Positions 46,233 through 58,688 are shown, numbered from the stretch's first letter. The stretch: 64,000 bases of DNA from Histomonas meleagridis 2922-C6/04-290x (GCA_020184695.1 JAANOX010000256.1:124001-188000), one strand, 5' to 3'. The notes: generated by a model from the letters alone, not told the origin. A program made the numbers and translations.

Positions 46233-48527
46233 TTACTGAGCTCCGATTTCTTCTTTTTGAGTTGATTCTTCACTTTCAACTTTTCCTTCTATTTCTTTAT
46301 TTTTAGTTTTCGCAGACTTCTTTGGCTTCTTTATAGACTTCCTTTTTGTCTTTACCTTAACTTGTTTCTTCTTTTGGTTTTTACTTTGGTCTTTACTTTC
46401 TTGCTTATGTTTAATTTTCTTAACCTTTACTTTCTTGACATCTTTACGCGGTTCCACAACAAATTCCTCCATAAATGGAAACAGTTTGAGAATTTTCTCC
46501 GTTTTACGGATTTTGTTCCAATCTTCTAAATTTGCATTTGATTCATTTTCAATTGTTATAGGCGATGGCTTTTGCGTCTTTACCTTTGGCTTGATGTTCT
46601 TACGTTGTTCTTTCTTGATTTTATATTCTTTAGCAAAACTTCTTGGACTGATTTTATTTGGAATATTTTCATCGGTATGGAAATTGCGTAAAATGTAATA
46701 GACGTTCTTCTTGTTAAGGTCAGGGGCAATGTAGTTCTTCATACTTGGGGTTTGAGCTATGCCTTCTGCCATAACCAAACATGAAATAACTTGTTTTGAG
46801 TAATAAAGTGAAATTCTTTCATCATTTTCAACAGCTGATAACAGTGAGTTCCAAATGACTCCGTTTCCAAAACTGAATCTCTTTGGATTTGATATCAACT
46901 TATTAGCAATCAGAGAATCCAACTTCAATATGTATCTATCAATAAGATGTCTTCTTACCAAAGGCGAATACTTTTTCATTGCCTTCTTATTGTCTTCTAT
47001 TATTTGTTTGAAGTCAGCGAGAAGAGTATCAAAGTCAAATGTAGCGGTTGAGAGACGGTTAATTATGACACGCGACCGTTTGCTCCATTCGTGTAACGTA
47101 TTCCTCACAAGTGGATTAATTAGTGCATCAAGTTTTGATGTGAATTTTGATGCGTTTTCGGCATCAAATTGTTTGATGTGCTGATAGTGTTTTATGAGGC
47201 TGCTGAGAACAACGATTGTCGCGACCTTTTCTTTGGTTTTGGAATTAGGGAATTCCGTTTCAAATGTGTTAAGATTCGATTCGAAGTTTGGATTGCTCGA
47301 AGACAAAAGATTCGTATGAAGAATGGTGGAAAAAATAGGGAAAACAGCACTTGGATATAATGTCTTTGGTGCAAAGAGTGGCGCCTTGTGAAGAATTGGT
47401 AACTTTGTGGTGAAAATGGTGTGGAGAAGTTCATCAGCATTGGGAGCTTGTGCTTCTGCCGCTTTAATTTCTTCTTTTGGCGCTTCAGTTGCTTTGGTTT
47501 CGACAATAGTTTCTTCTAATTTCTCTTCAGCATTTTGTTGTTCGGCGTTTTCAACTGCTTTTTCTTCTGTTTCTTTGTGCTCTTCGACTTTTTCTTGTTC
47601 TTCTTTGTTTTCTTCGACTTTTTCTTCGTTTACTTCTTCTTTCTTTTCTTGTTCTTCTTTGTTTTCTTCGTTTTCTTCTTCTTTCTTTTCTTGTTCTTCT
47701 TTGTTTTCTTGTGTTTTTTCTTCTTTCTTTTCTTGCTCTTCTTTGTGCTCTTCGACTTTTTCTTCATTTTCTTCTTTGATTTCAACTTTTTCTGTTGATT
47801 CGGCGGTTTCAACGACTTTTTCTTCTTTTTGCTCAGCTTCAGCTGTTTCAGCGTGCTCCTCTGTGGGCTCTTGGTGTCCTTTTTGTTCTTCTGTTGTTTT
47901 GCTTTCTTCGTTTTGTGATTGATCTTCCTTATTTTCATTATCTTCTTTTATTGAACCTTCACTCGTTTGTTCAGCTTCATCAGCAACTTCTATTGGTTTG
48001 CCCTTATGCATAACCGGCGTAACTTCAGTTACATCCCAGGATGATAATGGAACACGTTCTTCTTTGTGACCAATGAAAGAGACATCTTCCAAATCTGCCT
48101 TTTCCATTTCCATTATTTCACCTTCGGATTGTAGAAAGAAGGATGCATTGAAGATTGGAGGATTTGATCTGCCACTTTCCATTTCTTTACTTACAATAGA
48201 AGCATCTGTTAGTCCAAAAAATGGGGCAACATCAACGATGATTTTTCCATAAAGTTTTTTTTTGCCTTTTATATAACGCATCAATTTAAAACTAACATTT
48301 TTTGTTCTTATAGATCCATTTGACTTACTTACAAACATTGTGCATGGGCACTCAAATTGGGCATTGTAATTAAGTTTGTTTTCATTATCTGGGAAAATTG
48401 AATCAGTTTGACCTTTAGAATCTCCGCGTTGCCACATCACAACAAACTTACTGCGTATGTTGACACCAAGATCAATATTTGCGATTGTCCATTTTAAGGT
48501 AGCTTTAATTTTTTTCCAGGTGTTCAT
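46233..48527 (-). CDS. NT-type C2 (EEIG1/EHBP1) domain protein with Glu/Lys-rich low-complexity repeats and a helical C-terminal domain
   Basis: FVVMWQRG...KKKLYGKIIVDVAPF C2-NT pattern, EENKEEQEKKEE repeats and a Lys-rich tail. Confidence 0.75.
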   Translation of the reverse strand: MNTWKKIKATLKWTIANIDLGVNIRSKFVVMWQRGDSKGQTDSIFPDNENKLNYNAQFECPCTMFVSKSNGSIRTKNVSFKLMRYIKGKKKLYGKIIVDVAPFFGLTDASIVSKEMESGRSNPPIFNASFFLQSEGEIMEMEKADLEDVSFIGHKEERVPLSSWDVTEVTPVMHKGKPIEVADEAEQTSEGSIKEDNENKEDQSQNEESKTTEEQKGHQEPTEEHAETAEAEQKEEKVVETAESTEKVEIKEENEEKVEEHKEEQEKKEEKTQENKEEQEKKEEENEENKEEQEKKEEVNEEKVEENKEEQEKVEEHKETEEKAVENAEQQNAEEKLEETIVETKATEAPKEEIKAAEAQAPNADELLHTIFTTKLPILHKAPLFAPKTLYPSAVFPIFSTILHTNLLSSSNPNFESNLNTFETEFPNSKTKEKVATIVVLSSLIKHYQHIKQFDAENASKFTSKLDALINPLVRNTLHEWSKRSRVIINRLSTATFDFDTLLADFKQIIEDNKKAMKKYSPLVRRHLIDRYILKLDSLIANKLISNPKRFSFGNGVIWNSLLSAVENDERISLYYSKQVISCLVMAEGIAQTPSMKNYIAPDLNKKNVYYILRNFHTDENIPNKISPRSFAKEYKIKKEQRKNIKPKVKTQKPSPITIENESNANLEDWNKIRKTEKILKLFPFMEEFVVEPRKDVKKVKVKKIKHKQESKDQSKNQKKKQVKVKTKRKSIKKPKKSAKTKNKEIEGKVESEESTQKEEIGAQ

Positions 48528-49418
48528 TTGCAACTGTATTTCGCTTTATCACCCATTGAAAAAGTGCGGAATTCTATAGAATTTTATTCGTTTTGGTCCG
48601 AAAACCAGATTTCAGAGTATACAAAAAGTGGAATCGACATGTGATGTTAAAATTTACACACATTTTCAAAATTTAAATTTTAATTATCTCAAAATTGGTA
48701 AGATATATCCTCATAAAAATTGAATCAATAGTTTAATGATGAATAGTAAGTATATTTTTATATATTACAAAAATATTTATATTGTTTATCTTTCGAAATC
48801 TTGATATGAATTTCTTTTAGTTTTTGATTGGTAATACGTTTATTCCAGCGGTTTTCGCAAAAAATCTTCATCAAACGCTCTATGGGGTTCTAAAAAGATT
48901 TTACACATACACAAATATATATGATACATAGTGACATAATAGCAACATGATTCATAACAAAATATGTTGTATTCAAAAAAGATTAAAATATATTTTGTTT
49001 TCAACATGTGGCACATTTTAAAATTTCATAAATTGAACCAATATCCTTTTGTTTAGATAATTCCAAATTTCCCCAAATAACTTATCTAAATATATTGTAT
49101 TTGAATGATAATACTAATAAGAGATATCTCAAAAAATTATGAAATTTAAATCGAAATCATGTTTTGATATTTAATTTTACAATTAAGTCATAATACATAT
49201 GAATTCAAACTTACAGCGACACTAAAAATTACAGTTCAAACATGTATTTCATACATATCATGAATTTGTGAAAAGTATTTTTACTTCACTTCAAACAACT
49301 TTTTGAATTATAGGAACAACTTAGGCCGATCAATATGAACATAAATTGATTGATAAAAATACGATACCCATTCAATTTGTGGCAAATAAAACGATGAAAA
49401 CGGTTTTTATTTTCCCCG

Positions 49419-49835
49419 ATGAGCTACCACACATCCGAAGAAGATGTTCAACGCCTTTTCAAAGTTGCTTCTGCAACCAAGGAATACTCGTATTCCCCTT
49501 ACTCAAAGTTCCGTGTTGGAGCCGCCGTTCTTTGCAGAGATGGAACAATTGTTGGTGGAACAAACATTGAGAACTGTTCTTATCCTAATGGTCTCTGCGC
49601 TGAGAGAGCAGCTATTTCCTCATGCATTTCACAAGGTCATAAAGACATCGTTGCTATTCTTGTTACTTCTGACATTAAAGATGATTTTATAACACCATGT
49701 GGCTTCTGCCGCCAATTTATTGTTGAATTTGGAAACCTTGAGGTCATTTTGACCAAAGCAACCGGTGAGGCAAAAAGAATGCATATAACAGACATTCTTC
49801 CAATGGCATTTTCTCCAGCAGACCTTACTAAATAG
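49419..49835 (+). CDS. CDA: Cytidine deaminase
   Basis: YSPYSKFRVGAA, NIEN, CAER and PCGFCRQ motifs of the homotetrameric CDA type. Confidence 0.95.
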   Translation: MSYHTSEEDVQRLFKVASATKEYSYSPYSKFRVGAAVLCRDGTIVGGTNIENCSYPNGLCAERAAISSCISQGHKDIVAILVTSDIKDDFITPCGFCRQFIVEFGNLEVILTKATGEAKRMHITDILPMAFSPADLTK

Positions 49836-50352
49836 TTCGCCCCTTAGCTTTTTTTTATTTTTTGTGTACAAAAATTGTATCAAGCAGTCAAAGAAGTATG
49901 TTAACATGATGATGAATCATTTTTTGGATCAATTTAACGTTGTTTTAAATATTCTCTATTAGATAATTGTCGGATATTTTTTCCGATAGGGGAATGATGA
50001 TTGGTTTTGGAAATTAGAAATATTTAAAAGTTTTCAATGTATCTATTTGTAAATGTTGAAATAACATCATCACTTGGGAAACCTAATAACATTTATAATT
50101 GTTAATGTTTATAGATTTCGTCATCTTTCGATCTATTATCACAATCAGAGATAAAATGTAAATCATTAACTAACGTTGAATATCCGTTAATGTTATCAGT
50201 AGGTAGTCTAAATAAAAATTGTTGTTAATATTAACAGGAGATAATGATCAGTTTTGTGTTAATGCAACGAACGTTTATTAGTTGCCGTTTAAATTTATTG
50301 CACTTTTTACTTTAGGAATTAAATCTATCCAAATCATTAACATATCATCACA

Positions 50353-51702
50353 ATGGAAATAGATGAAACTCAGCTTGCTGCTGAATATGCTGAGAAATGG
50401 GATATTCAAACTGTATTCGAAGATGCTTTGACAAATCTACTTATTTCACATCCAGATGATCCAATGAGTTTTTTACATAATCAAATTGCTGAGCACTCTG
50501 CTCCACCTACAATTAGCAAGGTTGTTGGAAGGGAAGTACTCAACGGTATTGGAAATCCTACACTTGAAGTTGAGATATGGGGTCAAGTATTTGGTAAAAC
50601 AAAATTGCTAGGCTCAGCTCAAGCTCCTTCCTGCGATTTTTGCGATCCTTCTGATGCATTTGTTGTTAATGACATAAATTCAAACAGATACAATGGTCTT
50701 GGAGCTCAAACAGCAATAGCAATAATCTCAAAAAATCTTCAACCTAAACTCGAAAAGCGCCCTATTTATGACCAACAAATGATCGACTCAGTAATTGAAT
50801 CATCAGATGGAACTCCAAATTTTCACAAAATTGGTGTTAACACAAGTATTGCAATATCATCTGCGATTGCCATTTCATCATCTCAGCTTCTAAAAGTTCC
50901 ACTCTTTAATCATCTGACAAATACGCTTACACATAAATATCCAATATTTGTTCCCACACCAATTTTCACTTTTTTCGAAATTTCTGATTCGCCAATTTCC
51001 AAAGTATTCCTTATACCTAATCCAAATAAAACCATTGAAGAGCAAATTCGAATAATTTGTGAAATAAATTTGCATTATTCCAAAACTTCACACTCAGTAA
51101 ACACTAACAATGGAACATATTTAATCGAATCACCAACAGCAGAAGATACAATTTCATTTGTTGAGTCTGTTGTCTCTGCAAGTGGACATAGTTTGGGCGA
51201 TGATTTGACAATTGGATTCAGAGGTTCAAACACTTCAAACACAAAATTTTGGATTGACTTATTAGGGAAACAAACCCAAATCATTTCTTATATAGAAGAT
51301 CCGATTCCCTTTGATGATATCGATGGATGGAAGCAAATTTTTGATGTTGTCGATAACGAAACCGTTTCCCTTGTAATGAAAAGTGGCATTTTTTCAAGGG
51401 TAGAACGGATTGAATCGGATTTGATCGGAAATTCTATCGTAATAACGCCGATAGAAGCCGCAACGATAACAAAAGTGACAAAAGTAGCACAACAAATTGA
51501 AAAATGTAATAAAAAAATTGTATTGGCTACAAGCGAAGTTGAAACACCAGACACATGGATATGCGATTTAGCTGTTGCAGTTGGTGCTTCAATGATACAA
51601 ATTGGTTCGATATTAAAAGGTGAAAATATTGAAAAAGTCAACAGATTACTTGAAATCGGAAAAGAAATCATTGAAATGGAACATAAGCAAAACATCACAT
51701 AA
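50353..51702 (+). CDS. Enolase-like protein with N-terminal Dpy-30/RIIa-like motif (ENO4-like), probably inactive
   Basis: FEDALTNLLISHPDDPMSFL, then ISKVVGREVLNGIGNPTLEVE and IGVNTSIAISSA; catalytic segments are degenerate. Confidence 0.75.
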   Translation: MEIDETQLAAEYAEKWDIQTVFEDALTNLLISHPDDPMSFLHNQIAEHSAPPTISKVVGREVLNGIGNPTLEVEIWGQVFGKTKLLGSAQAPSCDFCDPSDAFVVNDINSNRYNGLGAQTAIAIISKNLQPKLEKRPIYDQQMIDSVIESSDGTPNFHKIGVNTSIAISSAIAISSSQLLKVPLFNHLTNTLTHKYPIFVPTPIFTFFEISDSPISKVFLIPNPNKTIEEQIRIICEINLHYSKTSHSVNTNNGTYLIESPTAEDTISFVESVVSASGHSLGDDLTIGFRGSNTSNTKFWIDLLGKQTQIISYIEDPIPFDDIDGWKQIFDVVDNETVSLVMKSGIFSRVERIESDLIGNSIVITPIEAATITKVTKVAQQIEKCNKKIVLATSEVETPDTWICDLAVAVGASMIQIGSILKGENIEKVNRLLEIGKEIIEMEHKQNIT

Positions 51703-52375
51703 GGTATAGAAGATCAAAATTCATTGCGTTTATGTAAATAAATTATAAATTTTCTATATTAATTATGAGCTTATCAACTCATCAATTTAATGAGAAATAA
51801 TAATATAAATAGTGTAAAATTGGATTCCAAAGCAATTGATTTTATAAAAAATTCAAGGCAAAATTTTAGATTTGATGTTTATCCCAAATTTAGGATTTTT
51901 GATTAATTTTAATATGTTTCGTTTTTATTGATTATTGCGTTTGAAGATTTGACTTTAATGATTGGAAGAAAAGACAGAATTAGAATTTTTATTTTGGATA
52001 TCATAAACATCTTGAAGATTTTGATGAAACAATCATATATTGCTGTTAAACATTAAAAATTCTTCTTAAATTAAATACGAACTTAATTTTGTTAGAAATT
52101 AATTATTTCATTTAAACAAAGTTTTCATTTGGATATTTTTAATTACCTTATGTATTCCCAATCATATATATATTTCAACAAAACCTAATTATATCTTTTT
52201 TCAAACTTGAAATATTGGGACACACATTAATTCCAATAGGATTTCTTTTAATGATTCAATAAATTCTTTCATAGAATATGATTTTACTGTTGTTAATTCT
52301 TATTTTTCATATCTAGATTCAATCATTCTCATATATGATTTGAAACTTCAAACACAAAAAGTGCTTAAATTCTAA

Positions 52376-52828
52376 ATGCCACAGTACAATTTTTTCAAGC
52401 CAATTTTAATTTACACTATATTAATATCACTAACTGGAATCATTGAAGGTCTGATTGTAAACCTATTTCACTCAAGCAATATATTTTCAATCATATTTGG
52501 AATATTTTGGGTTATCTTCTCATTAACATATGGCATCTATTCATTTATCCGAGTACAGAATCGAACTGAAAAATTTGTTTTCTTACTTTCGACTACTTTT
52601 GGACTTTTATCAAGCTTTTCATTAATGTTTACGCCACAAGACTTCCAAGAAAGTTGTTCTTCCTTATACATTAAAGTTATAAGTCAAATTGTTGGTCTTG
52701 GAATTACATCAATGATTTGTCTTTTCTGGATATATCCAACCAGAAAATTCATAAAAAATTTCTTTGAAGCAGAAAGAATTAGTTTATCCGATGAAAGGAT
52801 GTACTATATAATGACTACATTGGTTTAA
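52376..52828 (+). CDS. Multi-pass membrane hypothetical protein (3' end uncertain)
   Basis: Four hydrophobic helices. Confidence 0.55.
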   Translation: MPQYNFFKPILIYTILISLTGIIEGLIVNLFHSSNIFSIIFGIFWVIFSLTYGIYSFIRVQNRTEKFVFLLSTTFGLLSSFSLMFTPQDFQESCSSLYIKVISQIVGLGITSMICLFWIYPTRKFIKNFFEAERISLSDERMYYIMTTLV

Positions 52829-53365
52829 CGAATTTTTCATTTTATGTATTGGAAATTCTCTGGCGAAACATATTCCAAATCGTAAAATGCAGGACAAATT
52901 AAGTTTTACTGATTAAAAGAATTTGAGTGTAAAAAAACTAATTCATTATTCAGATGTGAGAATATCTATGTTTTGATTCAATGCTTCTTTATACTTTTCG
53001 ATAAAATCATCTTTGGCTTCTTGCGTCGAAAACTTAAGCAATACATTAATAGAACTTAGTTGTAAAATAATATAAATTATAAAAAATAATATTAATCAAA
53101 CAATTTTTTTTAATTATATAATCCTTGAATTGAAATATTTGCTCACAACATTAAATATCGACTACAGCGATATGTTTATTTAATGCGATAACGAAGTTAC
53201 GAATTGAAAAAAAGGTATAAAGTGGTTGCAGAAAGGTTTCCCAAACACCTCAGTATTTGAATATAAATCCGATGAATTTTCATTCATTTGATTCTATCGT
53301 TGGGAAACCACTTAAAACAATTTTATTAATCATTAGCATGAAATACTTTTATTTACACAAGCTTT

Positions 53366-53928
53366 TCATTGAAGTTGACATTGAGCTTTGTTCTCCTGTT
53401 TGAGTTTTTGTAAAGTTGCGCGAGCAATTTCAGAAAAAATATCATCCACTTTATAGCCATCCTTTGCTGAACATTGGATATAACAATCAAATTTTTGGTC
53501 CATAACAAGTTGAAAAACTTCTTCATCTGAAACACAATTCGGGTTATCATATTGATATAAATCAAATTTTGTACCAACAACAAATACTGTAGCCTTTGGA
53601 GCATAGAGCTTGATGTAATTAATATATTTTTTAGTTAGATTTTGAAAAGATTCTTGATTATTAAGTGCAAAACAAAGTAAAACAATATCAGCATGGGAAT
53701 AACTAAGGGGATAAAGGCGATCGTAGAGTTGACAGGTATCGCAAAAGTGGGCCTTAAAAGGTTTTTCGTATTTATAAAATTCCTGGCAATACGATTCAAA
53801 AAGGGTTGGAACATACCTCTCTGGAAATGGTTTCTGATTCATTGTCATTAGCAGACTTGTTTTCCCAACTTTGTCTCCAACAACTGGAATCTTCAGTTCG
53901 ATCGCGCACAAATTTTTAAATAAAGCAT
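53366..53928 (-). CDS. Rho/Rac-family small GTPase (divergent)
   Basis: VVGDKVGKTS, YVPTLFE, DRLYPLSY, VGTKFD, CSAK and a CQLQ CaaX-like end. The only nearby ATG (53928) is out of frame unless 17 nt are removed. Confidence 0.85.
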
Positions 53929-54200
53929 TCAAAAAGTTCTATAATTTCGATTAATTTCAATTCAAATGCAAAAAATTGTTTCCTCTTTGTTGGCTGATAC
54001 AATTTGTTAACTCAATCAAGTTTCCGATCCCATCAAAAGAGATAAAACTTATCAGCATTAATAAGGGAATATTGCACAATTCATATTTATCATTATTCAG
54101 ATTTTGCATTGCCACAATATTCTTCACACTTAAAATACTAACTCACAGGTGAAAAAAAATATCATTTAAAGCCTATTTGTAAAAGGGTTTACAGTGTAAT

Positions 54201-55604
54201 TCACTCTTCAGTTTGTTCATTTCCATGATTTTCTTCAGTCTTCTCAACTTCTTCTTCCTTCTTCTCGTCCTCTCCCTGCTCGAAGTTGAATGCAGAGTCT
54301 TCATTATTTTCAGTGCCTTCTGAAGTGAAGCTAAATGCAGAAATGATCGGAGCTGCAGGTGCTACGTTTTTGATTTGTGGGTAGAGCTTGTTTGCCTCGT
54401 TTCTTAGGGAAGCCTGAGGAGCTCCTGTTAAGGTAAGAATCTCATTCTTACATTTTGCGATTGATTGAATTCCATAAACCTCAGCAGCTACTTCTAACCC
54501 AAGGATTGCTCTAACAGCAACCTTCCAATCTTTATTTGTAAGGCCTTCAATTAACTCGTCAATGCTATCAACAGAAATGTTTTGCTTAAATGCTGTAAGT
54601 TCTGATGCATTAGCCATTGCTCTTCCGCCAGTGATCTTCATAAGCTTCTTAGCTGGCGAAAGATGCTGTGGAACCTTCTTTGGACGAAGAGAATTAAAAT
54701 CTCTCTTCGGTTTGGACGGTTGTGGACGGTTATGTTGTTCGGAAAGTGTCAAACTGGCGGTTTGACTTCTGTGTTGATAGGGGTCTTCAAATGGTTGTGG
54801 ATGCTCTGGCTGTGGTGAGTAACCATATGTTTGCTGTGGTGAGTAGTTGTATTGGGATTGCGGTTGGTAAGGATTCTGTTGATAAGTATTGAAACCACCG
54901 CCGACTGAAAATGTGGTCTTAAACCATTTACCAAGTGAATGCGTAATGTCTTCAATAATGTTAGATCGAGAACGTTGGGTTGTTGGTGGTACATTTGATG
55001 CTGTTCCATACTTAGATTGGTATTGTGTATAAACTGGTTGACTATAATTCGCTGGCGTTTGTTGTGGATATGGAGTTGTAATTGAAGCTTGATGACTTGG
55101 TGTTTGATAAGGATTTTGATATGATGGAGTTGCAGCAGTAGTTTGTTGAGGATAAGGTGTGGTGATAGATTGCGGTTGTGTGGGAGCAGGTTCTGGTTCT
55201 GGGAATGCGGCCGATGCAAATTTAGACGGTCTTCCTAATGATACATTGACAGATGCTAAAAGAGTTTGTGCTACATCTCTCATCTCTTCATATGGCTCCA
55301 TGCCTCTAGATGGATGTGGGTCGCCAATCCAACTCAAACAATTTTTAATGGAAGATGAAACAAGCCGAACTTCTGACTTAAACTCTGGTGGTCCATATTG
55401 AACAAGTGCTTGTAGGAAAATAAGTGCTTTTATACGAACAATAACAAATGTATTTGTTAACTTGAGAGATAATCCACGAACAATCTTTTGTGTATTTGCC
55501 TTATCCTTAGCACAAAGATCAAGAGCCTCTGCAACAACACTTTCTGGAATTTGGTTATCATCGTTTGTTGTTGCCCTTTCGATGATTCTTGATATTGCAA
55601 ACAT
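54201..55604 (-). CDS. ENTH/VHS-domain protein (tepsin-like) with Pro/Gln/Tyr-rich linker and C-terminal helical domain
   Basis: IIERATTNDDNQIP...VRIKAL...GDPHPSRG.EPYEEMR..A N-terminus. First ATG at 55604. Confidence 0.72.
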   Translation of the reverse strand: MFAISRIIERATTNDDNQIPESVVAEALDLCAKDKANTQKIVRGLSLKLTNTFVIVRIKALIFLQALVQYGPPEFKSEVRLVSSSIKNCLSWIGDPHPSRGMEPYEEMRDVAQTLLASVNVSLGRPSKFASAAFPEPEPAPTQPQSITTPYPQQTTAATPSYQNPYQTPSHQASITTPYPQQTPANYSQPVYTQYQSKYGTASNVPPTTQRSRSNIIEDITHSLGKWFKTTFSVGGGFNTYQQNPYQPQSQYNYSPQQTYGYSPQPEHPQPFEDPYQHRSQTASLTLSEQHNRPQPSKPKRDFNSLRPKKVPQHLSPAKKLMKITGGRAMANASELTAFKQNISVDSIDELIEGLTNKDWKVAVRAILGLEVAAEVYGIQSIAKCKNEILTLTGAPQASLRNEANKLYPQIKNVAPAAPIISAFSFTSEGTENNEDSAFNFEQGEDEKKEEEVEKTEENHGNEQTEE

Positions 55605-57108
55605 TGCAAGAACAATGAAGCGGTTATGGCGGTTATTGTCAAATGCAGATGGTGACACTTTTGATAAGAATTCTCTTTTATGAAGCTTTTTCGTCCTTAT
55701 CTTTAAAAAAATGAATTCGTACTACTAAATGACATCTCGATATGTTTGAAGTTTCGAAACTTGAAATAAGAATATAGAAAAAAATATGAACAAAAACACC
55801 AGATGGTGTTCTGACTCAAAAATTGTTCCTGAATTTGTTTGATCAAACGATAAATTTCAATGATTTATGGATGGATCCAGCTAGCTTTTGAGTGTTGCCT
55901 TGAAAAAAATCGTATTGAAAATGTCAAGTTTTACACACAGCAAAAAACACAAGAAAACACGACTTTGTTTCATATCACATACTAAAAAGAAGTATATCCA
56001 TACATCTTATAATAATTCTTTGACGTGTACATTTTGAAAGAAATATTTATCGAGAAGTAGTTAATCTTTTAAAAATTTATCACTTTTGTTGATATTAGTT
56101 TATGTTTGTGATGAAAATAAATATCATTTTACTTAGAGAACAAAAACTCATCTAAAACATTGATAAATGGGATTGCTTCAACAGGGTGCCCTTTTACATT
56201 ACCACTTTTTCAATAAGCGTTCGAACAGACACCATGTTATAATGACTTCTGAGAAAAAATAACCCCGTTTTATTTAAAACCACAGAGTGTAAAATCACAA
56301 CAACCAAAAATCTTATATAATTCAAGAAACAAAATATACATAATGTTGAGGCAAATTTAAATAGCATTATGATAAATAAATTCAATATAAAACGTTGGTG
56401 ATTAGTGAGCGAGCTTAGAAACATGAATACAATTACATATCAAACAAATGAGTGTGGCTTAGTGTAAATAACAATCATTTTTTTAAAACCGTTTTTCACC
56501 TTTATATTTGAAAGTCCCTGAGAAACAGCGCATTCAAAATTCAATGTGCCGATTAGAATCCTTGTTAATTGTATAGAAACAAACTTTTTGAGCGTTTGTA
56601 ATTCAAAGGTGTTCGATGTTTGCTTGATGACAAAAGATGTCATCTTGTTTCTTTAATTTTCTAACAGAATTAATATACAATTTAATTCTGTATCCTATGT
56701 CACTTTTCATAAAAAAAACATTGCGTTTCAGCTTTGTGAACATCTTCCGATTGCAAAAACAATAAAACACGTATCAGCAAAAGTTGAGCCAACGAAACGA
56801 CGAAAAGGCGAAGCGGTTGAAGCTCTCTGTATCGTTTTTGACTGATTTATCAATAAGTTTCTCAAGTTTTCACACGGATGTGTGTTTTTCTTCTTGGCTT
56901 TTCCCTATGCATTTCTTTTGCTTATTACGAAACTCTCAACAAAATTCAGGTTCAAAGATTTTTAGTAATCAATTATCTATTTCTCAAACTTTTAAACACT
57001 CCATTTCCCTTACTTCAGAATCCAAAGGGGATAAATACTTTATATTCTCGCCTCGTGACAAAGCGAATGTATCCATTAAAGGAACAAATTTTATTATGCT
57101 AAAAGATA

Positions 57109-58688
57109 ATGAATCCGATCCATTTAATATCAGTGCAGGAAAATATCATTGGCATTTCCCTTTTATTAGAATCACCAATTTCATATGTTAAACATTATCT
57201 CAAATTCTTTTCTTTAGTACTTAATCATTTTTCATTGAAAGCACATTTAGCAATGCCAATGAATAATAGTTTCATAAAGAAAATGTTCAAATTCAATGAA
57301 AATGTTCAAGCTCTAATGCGTTACTTTTTTATTTTGGGATTTTTATCGTTTTATGAAATTAAATTTTTATTTAACAAATTGAAAACAAACGAAAATAGAA
57401 AACATAAAAATGTTTTAATTTTTGTTATATTTTTCATAAATTCTTTTCAATTATTTTATGATCATAATTTAACATTAACAGTAACAAATTCAAGTGATTT
57501 TGAAGAAATTGAACAATATAAAGACAACACGAAATTCATATATATTAGTGAAGGAATTTATCTAATTCCAATTTATGCATTTTCAGGATGGTCATCAGTT
57601 ATTTCCGTTAATTTTGGTAATTCTATATCAGGTATTGGTGATTCAGCATTTTCATCATGTTCATCAATCAAAAACATTACAATTCCAAATTCAGTCACAA
57701 CAATTGGCGGTTATGCGTTTTTCATTCTGTTCCAAATTAGAAACGATTATTTTTGGAGAAAAATGTTACAACGATTGGTAGTGGAGCATTTTCATCATGT
57801 TCATCAATCAAAAACATTACAATTCCAAAATCAGTCACAACAATTATGAGGTTATGCGTTTTCATTCTGTTCTAATTTAATGATATTAACACTTGGGTAT
57901 GGAATAACAGAAATTGGAGATTCAGCATTTGGTAATTGTAATGCACTTGAATGTATTTATTATTATGGAACTAACGAACCGAATATTGAGAAAATGCATT
58001 TTCTAATGTTACAACAACAGTTATAACATATGCAACATATATCGCTAAGACATTTGGAGAATTAAATGTTATCAAATCATATTCAGAAGGAAACTGCAAA
58101 GCAATTCCAACACTATCATTTTCATCATCACATACATTCAGTTGTAGCAACACATATTCTCAGTCAAACACATTCAGTCGAAGTAACACATATTCTCAGT
58201 CAAAGACATTTACTGAATCGTTTCAAAGTGATTTAACATTTTCATATTCATATACATTAACGTATACATTGACAATTACATATTCATTTACATATTATGA
58301 GACGCAAACGAGATCACTTTCATTATCCATATTCAATTCCACATTTTCTTATATCGAAACAGAATTTATTTATTATGATTACACAGTTATTATGTATTCG
58401 ACACATTTTAATTATTATTCAAATTTCATTACAATGTTTCGCACGAACATTTTACATACGAACGGACTTACAACGAATGCATTGATTGGAATTGTTTGCG
58501 GATCAGTTGCATTTGTGTTAATAATTGTTGGAATTGTTATGTTCTTAATCAAAAGTAAAAACAAAAAAGGGAAATCGACTTCAAAGTTACAATTTAAGGA
58601 TTCAACTACATCAAGTTTAAATCAAAAGGAAGATGTCAATATATTAGATGAAGATATTGTTAAAGAAGATGAAGACAATTGGCTGTGA
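57109..58688 (+). pseudogene. BspA-like copy A, multiply frameshifted
   Basis: Extra T near 57720, an altered segment near 57845 and a missing G near 57987 relative to the intact copy B. TM and tail are in ORF 58269..58688. Confidence 0.75.

Noticed and set aside
47169-48013. Antisense and alternative-frame ORFs over the Glu/Lys-rich repeats, and similar shadow ORFs elsewhere
   Set aside because: These are by-products of low-complexity or biased coding sequence on the other strand or frame.
48527-48556. Upstream ATG 48556 could join the C2-NT ORF by a 17-nt deletion
   Set aside because: An in-frame ATG already exists at 48527, the segment is not AT-rich like the other inserts, and the match is expected by chance.
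49900-50100. ATGATGA C-box-like motifs suggesting a snoRNA
   Set aside because: No properly spaced D box or terminal stem was found.
52945-53290. Short minus-strand coding-like stretch (LKFSTQEAKDDFIEKYKEAL)
   Set aside because: I could not connect it to a start codon by any consistent rule; it may be a gene relic.
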